A stretch of DNA of 64,000 nt from Trueperaceae bacterium. Lineage in GTDB: Bacteria > Deinococcota > Deinococci > Deinococcales > Trueperaceae. Position numbers and translations under genes: made by a program. A model generated the notes under the pieces. It was given only the letters and a program-made list of their open reading frames with translations, was not told the DNA's origin and ran no database searches. Positions within the stretch are counted from its first letter, which is position 1, and each line of letters opens with the position of its first letter. Positions 1 through 10,207 of the stretch are shown here, in pieces. The DNA is taken from positions 4,128,001 through 4,192,000 of the forward strand of contig OZ243927.1 of assembly GCA_965213925.1 (NCBI GenBank), written 5' to 3'.

Positions 1-1285
1 TCGCGACGAGTTGCCACAAGCTCGCCGCGCCGCCGTTGATGTCGCCGCCGACGTAGTTGGGGTTGTAGCGCTCCATGTCGGGGGCGCTCATGGCGTGCTT
101 GGCTAAGACGCGCTCTTTGAAACCAGGGGCGAAACGCTCCAACTGCGCCTCGATTTTTTCGGTCATGTCACCTTCAAAGCCGTTCGGCACGTGACAATAC
201 GCCCACAAAGTCTCTTTGCCCCCCGGCGCTCTCGTTTCGTCGAAGGGGCTATGCTGCGCGACGAGAACGTACGGATTTGTCGGCGGCTTGCCGCGCCCGA
301 CCTCGCGCTCGGACTCAGCGATCTCTTCGAAGGTTCCGCCTAAGTGGACGGTGCTCGCCCGCAAACACGCCTCCTCTTTCCAGGGAACCGGGCCGTCTAG
401 CGCGTAATCTAACTTGAAAATCCCTGCGCCGAGGCGGTAGCGCTCCAACCAACCTCTATACTGTGACGGAAATTCGTCCCCAGCAACTTTCAAAAGCTGC
501 TTCGCCGAGAGGTCGAAAATCACCGCTTTCGCTTCGGGTACATCTTTAAGTGAGTTGACCTTGACGCCCGTATGCACCTCGCCGCCGAGCGAGCAGAAGA
601 GGCTCGTTAGCGCCTCCGCTAAGGACGCCGCGCCGCCTTTGGGGAAGGGCCAGCCGACGGTGTGAGCGAGCATGGAAAAAACTAGACCAATCGCGGAGGT
701 GGCGGGCGACTCGAGCGGCAAAATCGCGTGCGCCGCCGCGCCTGCAAAGAGCGCTTTGGTGCGCTCTTCTCGAAACAACTTACTGAGGAGCGTCGCAGGG
801 GGCAACGCTCGCACGCCGAACCGCGCTAAGACGATAGGATGATCTGGAATACGCACCAGCGGACCCATAAAGTCGCTCATGAGCTTGTCCCAGTCGCGCA
901 CGAGCGGGCGCAAAAGGGCGTCATAAACTTCGGCGTCTACGCCGAGCCCTGCTTTGGTCGCTTCGAAGGAGCGCTCGAGCACCCCCACCCCGTCATCCAG
1001 CGGATGCGCCAGCGGCGCGCTGCTATGAACCCAGGTCAGCCCATGTTCGTCAAGAGGCAGCGTGCGAAAAAAGGGTGAGCCGACGCCGAAGGGGTGAATT
1101 GCCGAGCCCGTGTCGTGCCTAAAACCGGGCAGCGTCAGTTCTTCGGTGCGCATCCCGCCGCCCGTTTTGTCTTTCGCTTCTAAGAGCGCAACTTTGAGAC
1201 CCTGCTGCGCGAGGGCAATAGCAGCGGCGAGCCCGTTAGGACCGGAGCCGACGACCACTACATCTTTGGGGGCGTCGTAGGACAT
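1..1285 (-). CDS. NAD(P)/FAD-dependent oxidoreductase, phytoene dehydrogenase-like family (3' end outside window)
   Basis: Manual translation from ATG at 1285: MSYDAPKDVVVVGSGPNGLAAAIALAQQGLKVALLEAKDKTGGGMRTEELTLPGFRHD (Rossmann GxGxxG). Not in the ORF track, consistent with running off the left edge. Confidence 0.85.
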   Translation of the reverse strand, partial: MSYDAPKDVVVVGSGPNGLAAAIALAQQGLKVALLEAKDKTGGGMRTEELTLPGFRHDTGSAIHPFGVGSPFFRTLPLDEHGLTWVHSSAPLAHPLDDGVGVLERSFEATKAGLGVDAEVYDALLRPLVRDWDKLMSDFMGPLVRIPDHPIVLARFGVRALPPATLLSKLFREERTKALFAGAAAHAILPLESPATSAIGLVFSMLAHTVGWPFPKGGAASLAEALTSLFCSLGGEVHTGVKVNSLKDVPEAKAVIFDLSAKQLLKVAGDEFPSQYRGWLERYRLGAGIFKLDYALDGPVPWKEEACLRASTVHLGGTFEEIAESEREVGRGKPPTNPYVLVAQHSPFDETRAPGGKETLWAYCHVPNGFEGDMTEKIEAQLERFAPGFKERVLAKHAMSAPDMERYNPNYVGGDINGGAASLWQLVA

Positions 1286-1358
1286 GGGGACAGCGTACCG
1301 CAAGTTGTCAGCAAATAACGTCGGGAATGAGCTTACTGGAGCACTTCAGCACAGGTAA

Positions 1359-1402
1359 TACCGTTTCAGGGTAATCTCCATAAGAATGACTCGGAAACGG
1401 TA
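1359..1402. mobile_element. 44-bp MITE-like remnant
   Basis: Perfect 9-bp TIR TACCGTTTC/GAAACGGTA flanked by TAA on both sides (1356-1358, 1403-1405). Confidence 0.55.
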
Positions 1403-1444
1403 TAAGCAGGCCTCCCTCGGCGGTAGAGGGGGTAAGCCGGGACC

Positions 1445-3004
<1,560 letters not shown>

Positions 3005-3049
3005 TCAACGGGCTACTCGCCCTAGTAGAGATAATTATAGCGCTCCTAC

Positions 3050-3448
3050 TCAAAGCGTTTGTAGGTGAGGCTCGAGCTTCTCCAACCAATCTCGCGAAAG
3101 CCTGATCGCTCTACCCGAACGGTCAACAGGGGTGTGCGTGGTTTCGCCTGTCGCTAAAAGCGCACCGTCAGCCGTTCTCGTCAGCTTGTACACATACCGA
3201 AAACGCCGACTCTTCCCCTCTACAAGTTTCGTCTCTATCTCGACCTCGTCGTCAAAGTGCGCCGCGGCTCGGTAGTCGATCTTCACGCCACTCACCGCTA
3301 AAGAAACGCCTGAACGTTCCATCTTGGCGTAGCTGATTCCCCTCTCGCGCAACCACTCGACCCGCGCCGCTTCCAGCCACAAAACGTAGCTGCTGTGATG
3401 CGCAACGCCCATCTGGTCGGTTTCGGCAAATCTTACGCGGAGTCTCAT
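3050..3448 (-). CDS. Acyl-CoA thioesterase, YbgC/FadM (hotdog) family
   Basis: RVRFAETDQMGVAHHSSY..WLEAAR motif. Start moved to ATG 3448 because the longer ORF reads into a heptamer repeat. Confidence 0.9.
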   Translation of the reverse strand: MRLRVRFAETDQMGVAHHSSYVLWLEAARVEWLRERGISYAKMERSGVSLAVSGVKIDYRAAAHFDDEVEIETKLVEGKSRRFRYVYKLTRTADGALLATGETTHTPVDRSGRAIRLSRDWLEKLEPHLQTL

Positions 3449-3485
3449 GGCGCGCTTTCTGAGAGGGATTGAAGTTGCTTGTAGT

Positions 3486-3561
3486 AGCAATGAGCAATGA
3501 GCAACGAGCAATGAGTACAAAAGCTTTCTACTTTCAACTCATTGCTCATTGCTTTCAACTG
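3486..3561. repeat. Inverted heptamer repeat array (AGCAATG)n...(CATTGCT)n, copy 1
   Basis: AGCAATG AGCAATG AGCAACG AGCAATG ... TTCAACT CATTGCT CATTGCT TTCAACT. Confidence 0.85.
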
Positions 3562-3563
3562 TC

Positions 3564-3863
3564 TCATAGCACCTGCGACGGGTCCGTCGTGAAGGTCAGT
3601 TTAGGTGTGTTGCGAGCGCGCATCTCCCTCGCGAGTTCGCGCTGCAAATAGCCGCTCGCACGGTTCAGAGCGGTCTCCATATGTTCCAGTTCGCGTTCGT
3701 CGCCCAGGGCGCTCACCAACACCTTCGCTTGGGAGAGGTCCGCGTTAAACCGCGCCCGCTCGACGGTGACGACGATGGGAATGCGCGGGTCTTGAAGTTC
3801 GGGGATCAGCTCAGAAAGCGTTCGTGTGAGGGTGCGCTCTAAGGTTTTGCGTCGTTCGCTCAT
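3564..3863 (-). CDS. rbfA: 30S ribosome-binding factor A
   Basis: DPRI..VTV.....DLSQAKV.VS....ALNRASGYLQREL...MR.RNTPKLTF. Confidence 0.9.
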   Translation of the reverse strand: MSERRKTLERTLTRTLSELIPELQDPRIPIVVTVERARFNADLSQAKVLVSALGDERELEHMETALNRASGYLQRELAREMRARNTPKLTFTTDPSQVL

Positions 3864-3947
3864 GGTTCAGGGTAACAATTTGAGGTGACAGGGGCGCTTT
3901 TTGAGATACTGGTTTTGGGATACTGGGCTGCGTTGACATTCGCTCGG

Positions 3948-4862
3948 TTAGAATAGCCACGCTATATAGAGGGCGTAAGCGAGGACGAGCACGCCGCCTT
4001 CCCAGCGCTCGAGCAAACGCTGCGTCAGCAAAAAAACAAAGGTGAGCGCGGCGAACGCGAGCATCACCGAGAGGTCGAGGCGGAGCGCGGCGAAGGGCAG
4101 CGCTAAAGGCGTGACCACGCTTGTAATGCCTAGGATGCACAGGATATTGAAGATGTTCGAGCCGATGATGTTGCCCAAAACCATGTCGGTCTCGCGGCGC
4201 AAAACCGCCACGAGCGAGCTGGCGAGTTCGGGCAAACTCGTACCCACCGCCACGAGTGTCAGACCGATGACGCGCTCCGGCACGCCGAAAGCGCGAGCTA
4301 ACGAGGTCGCCCCTTCGATGAGCACTTGCGCGCCCAAAACGAGCAGCACAAGCCCGCCGACGATGCCCGCAAGCGTGAGCCAGAGCGGATAGAGGTCGGG
4401 CGAATCCGACACCTCATCTTCGTTCGGCGTGCGGAGCGTCCACACGAGGTAGGCTAAGAGCAGCGCGAAGAGCGTCGCCCCCTCGAGCCGCCCCAGCCTG
4501 CCGTCCGCGAAGAAAAGTAAGGGCGAGAGGCTCACGCCGATCATGACGGGCATCTCGCGCCGGAGCACGCTCCTTTGAATGGCGATAGGCAAAAGGAGCG
4601 CGGCTAACCCTAAGATGAGCCCCACGTTGGCGATGTTCGAGCCGACGACGTTGCCGACTGCGATCGCCTCTGCGCCGCTAAGTGACGCGGTGAGCGTCGC
4701 GGCGAGTTCGGGCGCACTCGTTCCGAACGCGACCACGGTCAAGCCGATGACCAAAGGGCTGAGCCGGAAACGGAGTGCCAGGCTCGAGGCGAAGCGCACC
4801 AACAGCTCGCCGCCGCCGTAGAGCAGGGCGACACCTAAAACGATAAAGACAAGGTCCAACAC
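3948..4862 (-). CDS. Ca2+/Na+ antiporter, YrbG (CaCA) family
   Basis: Two alpha repeats GTSAPEL and GTSLPEL, GN..GSNI motifs, about 10 TM segments. Confidence 0.93.
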   Translation of the reverse strand: MLDLVFIVLGVALLYGGGELLVRFASSLALRFRLSPLVIGLTVVAFGTSAPELAATLTASLSGAEAIAVGNVVGSNIANVGLILGLAALLLPIAIQRSVLRREMPVMIGVSLSPLLFFADGRLGRLEGATLFALLLAYLVWTLRTPNEDEVSDSPDLYPLWLTLAGIVGGLVLLVLGAQVLIEGATSLARAFGVPERVIGLTLVAVGTSLPELASSLVAVLRRETDMVLGNIIGSNIFNILCILGITSVVTPLALPFAALRLDLSVMLAFAALTFVFLLTQRLLERWEGGVLVLAYALYIAWLF

Positions 4863-4883
4863 GCAATATCCCTCTCACTGTGC

Positions 4884-4982
4884 CAGGTCTTGTTATGCGC
4901 GTCACCGAATGACTCGCTGTTTAGCCACCGTCTTGACGATAACGCGCCCCTATGTCGCTGCCGTAGGCGGCTACTCCCCTGT
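4884..4982 (-). ncRNA. yybP-ykoY (Mn2+-sensing) riboswitch
   Basis: Minus strand reads CAGGGGAGTAGC...CGTCAAGACGG...ACAAGACCTG, the three hallmark segments of the family, with CAGG/CCTG closing P1. TATAAC -10-like box just upstream (4990-4995). Lies in the 5' UTR of the YrbG gene. Confidence 0.85.
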
Positions 4983-5035
4983 AAAGACAGTTATACGCTA
5001 AACGGCGTGAAAAACGCATGAGGGAAAGATTTTAA

Positions 5036-5231
5036 GTACAGCGTTAAATAAAATATAAGTCATGTCATTCTGAGCGGAACGAAGTGGAGAGAAAGAATCT
5101 CCTCATTTGCCTCCTTGCCTGATAGAGAGTGAAGGGCGAGACCCCTCGACTGCGCTGCACTCTTCTACGAAGGTGCTGACGCGAACCGCTCGGGGTGACA
5201 ACGGTGTCGCAAAACCTACTTAACGGTGTAT
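5036..5231 (+). mobile_element. MITE family A copy 1 (TIR plus REP-like palindromic core)
   Basis: GTACAGCGTTAA...TTAACGGTGTAT termini; core TGTCATTCTGAGCG...AAGAATCTC...GAGACCC...CGCTCGGGGTGACA. Confidence 0.85.
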
Positions 5232-6199
5232 TGAGTCTCGAGCTGAGCGTTTCTCTCTCTCAATGTATCTAAGATTTTGTGGTCGAGTTTGGAGAGCGCA
5301 AGCTCGGGCAAAGAGGTTGGCGAGATAGCTTCGCTCTGCTCCGGTTCGTCCTCCACTAAAACAGGCGTCACCGTGATTTTGAAGTGCGTGTAAGCGTGCT
5401 GCACCTCTTCCAATCTCTCACCAGTGGGCGCATCGTCAACAAGCGGAAAGCCCCACAGTCCCCCCAACATCTCATCCTGACTTCGCTGACGCAGACAGAG
5501 CGAATCACCTCTTTCATAAACGAGCGCGTACCTCTTCACGTGAGGCACCTTCTTTTTCTTCTTCGGCTCAGGAAAGCTCGAGACGTCACCTCTTTGAAAG
5601 GCGAGGCAATCCTTTGAAATCGGACAGTTTGAACAGAGAGGTGACTTCGGTGTGCAGACTGTCGCGCCGAGTTCCATCAGCGCTTCGTTGAACGCGCCCG
5701 CCTGACCTCTCGGTAAATGCGGAAGCAGGGTTTTTTTCGCTTCCTTTTCTGCGACGACGCCGGGAAGGGCAAAGAGCCGCGCGGCGACCCTCTTGACGTT
5801 GCCGTCTACGGCTAAAACGTCCTCACCGAACGCTAAAGACGCGATGGCGGCGGCGGTGTACGTGCCGACGCCGGGGAGCCCCAGCAACTCCTCATACCTC
5901 TCCGGCAAATGTCCCTCGTAATCCTTGGCGACCTCTTGGGCCCCCGCGTGCAGAAGCCTCGCGCGGCGGTAGTACCCTAAGCCCTCCCACGCTTTGAGCA
6001 CCTCGTCTAGGGGAGCTTCCGCCAGCGCACTGACGTGGGGAAAGCGCTTCAGCCACCGCTCGAAGAAAGGAATCACTGTTCTCACCTGCGTCTGTTGCAG
6101 CATCACTTCAGAAACCCACACGCGGTAGGGCGTGCGCTCGCGTCGCCACGGGAGGTCGCGTTGATGTTGATAAAACCACCTGAGCAGTGTGCCGGTCAT
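5216..6199 (-). CDS. mutY: A/G-specific adenine glycosylase
   Basis: RDLPWRR..TPYRVWVSEVMLQQT, GLGYYRRA, LPGVG.YTA, VDGNV, Fe-S C-x6-C-x2-C-x5-C. Start set at ATG 6199, 7 nt after a TAGCGT -10 box. Confidence 0.96.
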   Translation of the reverse strand: MTGTLLRWFYQHQRDLPWRRERTPYRVWVSEVMLQQTQVRTVIPFFERWLKRFPHVSALAEAPLDEVLKAWEGLGYYRRARLLHAGAQEVAKDYEGHLPERYEELLGLPGVGTYTAAAIASLAFGEDVLAVDGNVKRVAARLFALPGVVAEKEAKKTLLPHLPRGQAGAFNEALMELGATVCTPKSPLCSNCPISKDCLAFQRGDVSSFPEPKKKKKVPHVKRYALVYERGDSLCLRQRSQDEMLGGLWGFPLVDDAPTGERLEEVQHAYTHFKITVTPVLVEDEPEQSEAISPTSLPELALSKLDHKILDTLRERNAQLETQYTVK

Positions 6200-6403
6200 C
6201 ACCCTTACGCTAACCCACCAGCGTCCATGATGGTACACTCCTGTAAACGTAAGGCAGTGGTCGGTGAGATGCGGCGAAGAGGTCGGGGGTGGCTCCTAAA
6301 AGCTCGCTATCAGGAGGTTTGTGACGCGGTTGCGGCTGTCTCCGCGAGAGTACAGGCTGAGAACCTAATACAATTTGAGACCCTATCCGTTTAGGAGTAG
6401 AGC

Positions 6404-7111
6404 GTGCAGAAAGACAAGACCATAGGCGAGAGCTTTCAGTCCCAGACCAAGTACCGCCGGGGCTCCTTGCCGAACAAAACGGGCAAGCACATCTCCGCGT
6501 ACAAGGTCTACGCCAACCCCCTAGAGGTCGCCTCGCTGCCCGTACCCGACCTCAAGAACGGTCAAGGACTCTGGAAGACGCTCTCGACTACGCGCGAGAG
6601 CATCCCCGAAGGCGGACGGTTGCGCCAGCACGACGTCTCGCAAATTTTGTGGGCGACGGCGGGCTTTACCTACGGCGGCCAGCGCACGCACGCCACCGCT
6701 GTACCGCTGGCGGGTTTGGAGTGCTACCTCATCGTCCGGCAGATCGAGGACGTCTTCTCCGGCGTCTACCACTACAACCCGCGCGAACACGCCCTGGAGC
6801 ACCTCATTCAGACCGAGCCCAGCCTAGACCTCGCGGACGCCCTTTTGGGCGACGCCGACATCAGCGCGTGCGCCGCCGTGATCGCCTACACCGGGATACC
6901 CAGCCGCATCGACGACGGTTCGAAGAGCCGGGCGTACCGCTACCTCTACCTCGAGGCGGGGGCGGCGGCGCAGTGCGCCGTATTGGGCGCGGTCTCACTA
7001 GGGCTCGCCTCGACGGTGCGCGCCGAGTTCTATGACGACGAACTCTCGAGGCTTTTGCAAGTGGACGGCGCTCATGAAATCCCGCTCTGTGTGGTGACGC
7101 TAGGGACGTAG
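6404..7111 (+). CDS. SagB/ThcOx-family nitroreductase-like dehydrogenase
   Basis: LSQILWA-like segment, GVYHYNP..H.L, RAYRYLYLEAG..AQ, F.DDEL..LL.VDG. Confidence 0.8.
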   Translation: MQKDKTIGESFQSQTKYRRGSLPNKTGKHISAYKVYANPLEVASLPVPDLKNGQGLWKTLSTTRESIPEGGRLRQHDVSQILWATAGFTYGGQRTHATAVPLAGLECYLIVRQIEDVFSGVYHYNPREHALEHLIQTEPSLDLADALLGDADISACAAVIAYTGIPSRIDDGSKSRAYRYLYLEAGAAAQCAVLGAVSLGLASTVRAEFYDDELSRLLQVDGAHEIPLCVVTLGT

Positions 7112-7205
7112 GTTTTTGGTGTTTGGTTGAGGGAGGTGAGGAAGACTCGAATAGGAATTTTTAGCTACTGCTATTAGTTGCGCGCATATAAACTACACTA
7201 TCTCT

Positions 7206-8357
7206 TTAGCTTGGATATCTCTGTTTAATTCGTTGACAATTGTTAGGATTACCGTGCTCAAAGAAGCACATCCCTTCCGGTAGCTCAAAAGATTCAGGAA
7301 AAACTGATTTTCCGTCATATGCTGTGCCTTGGAAATTCGCTCCATTAAGTACCGCTTCGCTAAAGTCAGTGCCGACAGTGCTATCCTCATAAAGTTGCGC
7401 GCTGCTGAAGTTCGCATGATGAAGCTCTGCTTCGCTAAAATCTACTCCATCAAGAATTGCTCTGGAGAAGTCTGCTCCGATAAGAAACGCTCCGCTTAAA
7501 GTTGTGACGTAAAGTTCTGCTCCACGAAAACTTGCTTTCTGAAGGTCTGTACGCTCAAGGTTCGAAAAGTAAAAAAACGCCTCGTCAAAGCTCGCATACT
7601 CGAGTATTGACCTAGAAAGGTTTGCTTCGGAGAGGTCTGCTCCGCGAAAGTTTGCTCCCCCAAGGTTTCCACTTAGGTTTGCTCCGTTGAGATTCGCTTC
7701 ACTTAAATCTGCTCCAGCAAGGTTTACTCCTCTAAAATCTACTTTCTGGAGGTCGGTGTTTGAGAGCAAGCTTCGAGATAAATCAGGTCTTTCTACCCCC
7801 GCGTCACGCTCGAGAGCTATAAAAACTTTAGCTGCTTCAGCCCTAGACCTAGTATCTGATACAGGAGTACAGACCTCTACCGTAACCTCTTTAACTTCAC
7901 CATTGTTATTCTTTCGTTGCTGAACTTCGTCAACACAAGTTTTGTCGTAAAGAATTTGTACGAGTTGAGCGCGGCGTGTAAGCGTATCTTGAAATCTTTG
8001 TTGCTCGAGTTGCCGCTGAAAAAGAGTGTTCTGCCAAATCAGTAAACCCGTAGTCGAGAGTGCCCCGAGGGTTCCGAGAATAGCGATGATATAAAAGCCC
8101 ATGCTTCGCCTGATAATGGCAGCTAAGACGTTAGCAGTTTCTTCAGTTGGAACTAAATTTCCCGTCTTTGCTGCGGCGAGCCACTTTTTGAGTCCATCAT
8201 CTAAATCTCGTCCAAGGAAAATTGTCTTTCCGAAAGAGAACAAACGCTTAGATACCCAGTTACGCACTTTAGCATTGCGCTTGTAGTGCTTGACCTCTTG
8301 CTTGAGGGATTTATTCTCTCTAAGTAGTTCCTCGTAAGCCCTCTGATCATCTGCCAT
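7206..8357 (-). CDS. Pentapeptide-repeat protein with N-terminal coiled coil and one TM helix (low GC, accessory)
   Basis: Long run of A(D/N)(L/F)xx repeats (ADLSE ANLNG ANLSG ...) after a hydrophobic helix. Confidence 0.9.
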   Translation of the reverse strand: MADDQRAYEELLRENKSLKQEVKHYKRNAKVRNWVSKRLFSFGKTIFLGRDLDDGLKKWLAAAKTGNLVPTEETANVLAAIIRRSMGFYIIAILGTLGALSTTGLLIWQNTLFQRQLEQQRFQDTLTRRAQLVQILYDKTCVDEVQQRKNNNGEVKEVTVEVCTPVSDTRSRAEAAKVFIALERDAGVERPDLSRSLLSNTDLQKVDFRGVNLAGADLSEANLNGANLSGNLGGANFRGADLSEANLSRSILEYASFDEAFFYFSNLERTDLQKASFRGAELYVTTLSGAFLIGADFSRAILDGVDFSEAELHHANFSSAQLYEDSTVGTDFSEAVLNGANFQGTAYDGKSVFPESFELPEGMCFFEHGNPNNCQRIKQRYPS

Positions 8358-8453
8358 TTTCTAATTTTACTATTAAGCACGCAAACTCAGCAAAGTTTTG
8401 CGAACAACGAATATAAAAGAATGCTCAGTTCGGCCTTTAGAAAATATTCGCTA

Positions 8454-8846
8454 TCATAAAAATACCGCTGGCGACACACCAAACCGCTCAGCCAGTAGGC
8501 GCATATGCCGTACATTCAGCTCACGCTTCCCGCTCAGCAGCTCAGACACCACCCCTTGCGAACCAATTTCAGGCAAGTCAGACTGAGTGAGATTGTGCTC
8601 TTCCATAAAATACCGGAGCATCTCTCGCTCAGAAACATTGGGGATTTGGTAATGCACCTCTTCATAGCTGTGCATAACTGTGCCAAGCGTATCGAGCAGG
8701 TCGTAGAGAGGATGGGTCTCATTTGTACCAACTTCGTCAATAAGTTCGTTGAGGTAAACAACCGCTCTGTCGTAATCTTCCTCAGACTGAATAGAAAGAA
8801 TAGGTCGAACGGCTGACCAGTGGGTTTCCAACTCTTTAATGCTCAT
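8454..8846 (-). CDS. higA: HigA-type antitoxin (C-terminal XRE HTH)
   Basis: I.SEEDYD.A...L.ELID....LG....YEE.HY, MEEHNLTQSDL.EIGSQGVVSELLSGKRELN. ATG overlaps the toxin stop (ATGA). Confidence 0.88.
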   Translation of the reverse strand: MSIKELETHWSAVRPILSIQSEEDYDRAVVYLNELIDEVGTNETHPLYDLLDTLGTVMHSYEEVHYQIPNVSEREMLRYFMEEHNLTQSDLPEIGSQGVVSELLSGKRELNVRHMRLLAERFGVSPAVFL

Positions 8847-9240
8847 TCCTTCCACCCTTCTTTGTCGTATTCTTTGTGCGTCAAAATGTGCCGAATAAAG
8901 ACTTTGCTGTGATTGAAGTGTATTGCCGCGATGAGCCGATAGTTATTCCCACCGAGGTTGAAGACGTATAAGTTTCCTACCTTGTCTGCGCTAGGGAACA
9001 CTCTATAGCAAGTATCATTTGGTTTGAGCCAATCCGAGAAGAGGGAACGCAGTCTAGCGCGCACGTTTGGAAATGATACTTGCGTGATTCAAGCTCAGTG
9101 CTTATGTGAACTGCTCTACGTAATTCAGCAAACGTCTTGAAGTCGGTCTTTTTGACAACCTTATACCACCGCTCAAGCGGGGCTTCGCTCTCAGGATGCT
9201 TCTTCCGGAAGGCGATGAGTGCGCTTTTGCTAATTTTGTA
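8843..9240 (-). pseudogene. higB: HigB toxin interrupted by a 113-bp insertion, no clean start codon
   Basis: N-half ISKSALIAFRKKHPESEAPLERWYKVVKKTDFKTFAELR and C-half RVFPSADKVGNLYVFNLGGNNYRLIAAIHF..KVFIRHILTHKEYDK are in different frames. Deleting 9006-9118 rejoins them in frame. Confidence 0.88.
9006..9116. mobile_element. MITE-like insertion in higB
   Basis: Flanked by CTCTA/CTCTA (TA core); degenerate TIR TAGCAAGTATCAT/ATGTGAACTGCTC; internal perfect 13-bp inverted repeat 9008-9020/9071-9083. Confidence 0.75.
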
Positions 9241-9280
9241 GGAGCACGTGCTTCAATTATTTCTAGCCTTTAGTATCTCA

Positions 9281-10201
9281 TCAGCGGTTTGCCACTCTCA
9301 CCCCCGCCAAGATAGACGTTGCCACAACCTCTTGTACCGCGACAGATAGGAGCATGAGCGGCACCTGGGGTCCTTGACCCGTGCTGAGCGCGAAGGTCGT
9401 GTCGCCATCTAAAACGGTGTGTGAAGGGCGCGTGACGCGGATGATGCCGACGTGGGCGCTCTGCGCGAGGGCTTTGGCTTCGGCTTTGCTGATGGGGGCG
9501 TCCGTCGCGACGACGACGAGGGTAGTGTTCGTGCCGAGGAGGGCGCTCGAGAGACGTTCCAGTCGTTGCGCCGGGGTGGGTCTCGAGCCCCCCTCCAACC
9601 TCGCGCCCGCTACGACCTCGCCGGTACCAGAGTCCACGATGTCCCCCACTGGGTTCGACACGCTGAGCGCCGCGACGGTCGCACCGCCGACCTTCACCGC
9701 CGCGCTGCCTAAGCCGCCCCACTCTGACCTTTCGAACCCTAAGTATTTGCCGCAAGTCGCCCCTGCGCCGACGCCGACACGTCCGAGTGACACGGGCGCG
9801 TCGCTCGCCCCTTCTGCTGCGCGGTAGCCTGCTTCTGCTATCGGACGCACCGACGCATCGCCCGCGCCGAGGTCGTAGATGACGGCGGCTGGTACAAGCG
9901 GTATTCTTGCAAAGGGCGTCTCGTAGCCCAGACCTCTTTCGGCTAAGAACCGCATCACCCCGTCTGCGGCTGCTAAACCAAAGGCGCTGCCGCCCGCGAG
10001 CGTCACCGCGTGAATGCGCTGAACGCTCTTTTCGGGCGCTAGAAAGGCGGTCTCGCGCGACCCTGGCGCGCTGCCTAAGACCTCGCCCGAGGCGACGCAT
10101 CCCTCGTCCGGGCAGAGGACGACGGTGCAGCCTGTCGCGGCGTCCTCGTCCGACCAGTGCCCGACCCGTAGACCGGGCACGGCGGTGATGGTTTCATTCA
10201 T
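9281..10201 (-). CDS. P1/DmpA-family peptidase (L-aminopeptidase/D-esterase-like)
   Basis: ITAVPGLRVGHW, TGCTVVL, APGSRET, LAGGSAFGL, GAGATCGK, NTTL.VVATDA, PSHT..DGDT.FALSTG. Confidence 0.9.
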   Translation of the reverse strand: MNETITAVPGLRVGHWSDEDAATGCTVVLCPDEGCVASGEVLGSAPGSRETAFLAPEKSVQRIHAVTLAGGSAFGLAAADGVMRFLAERGLGYETPFARIPLVPAAVIYDLGAGDASVRPIAEAGYRAAEGASDAPVSLGRVGVGAGATCGKYLGFERSEWGGLGSAAVKVGGATVAALSVSNPVGDIVDSGTGEVVAGARLEGGSRPTPAQRLERLSSALLGTNTTLVVVATDAPISKAEAKALAQSAHVGIIRVTRPSHTVLDGDTTFALSTGQGPQVPLMLLSVAVQEVVATSILAGVRVANR

Positions 10202-10207
10202 TAGGCA

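Noticed and set aside
6404..7111. RiPP (TOMM) cluster suggested by the SagB-like gene
   Set aside because: No YcaO, precursor peptide or transporter nearby. Stand-alone SagB-like nitroreductases are common.
7111..9280. Integron cassette array (pentapeptide gene plus TA pair)
   Set aside because: No attC-like RYYYAAC/GTTRRRY pairs and no integrase were seen.
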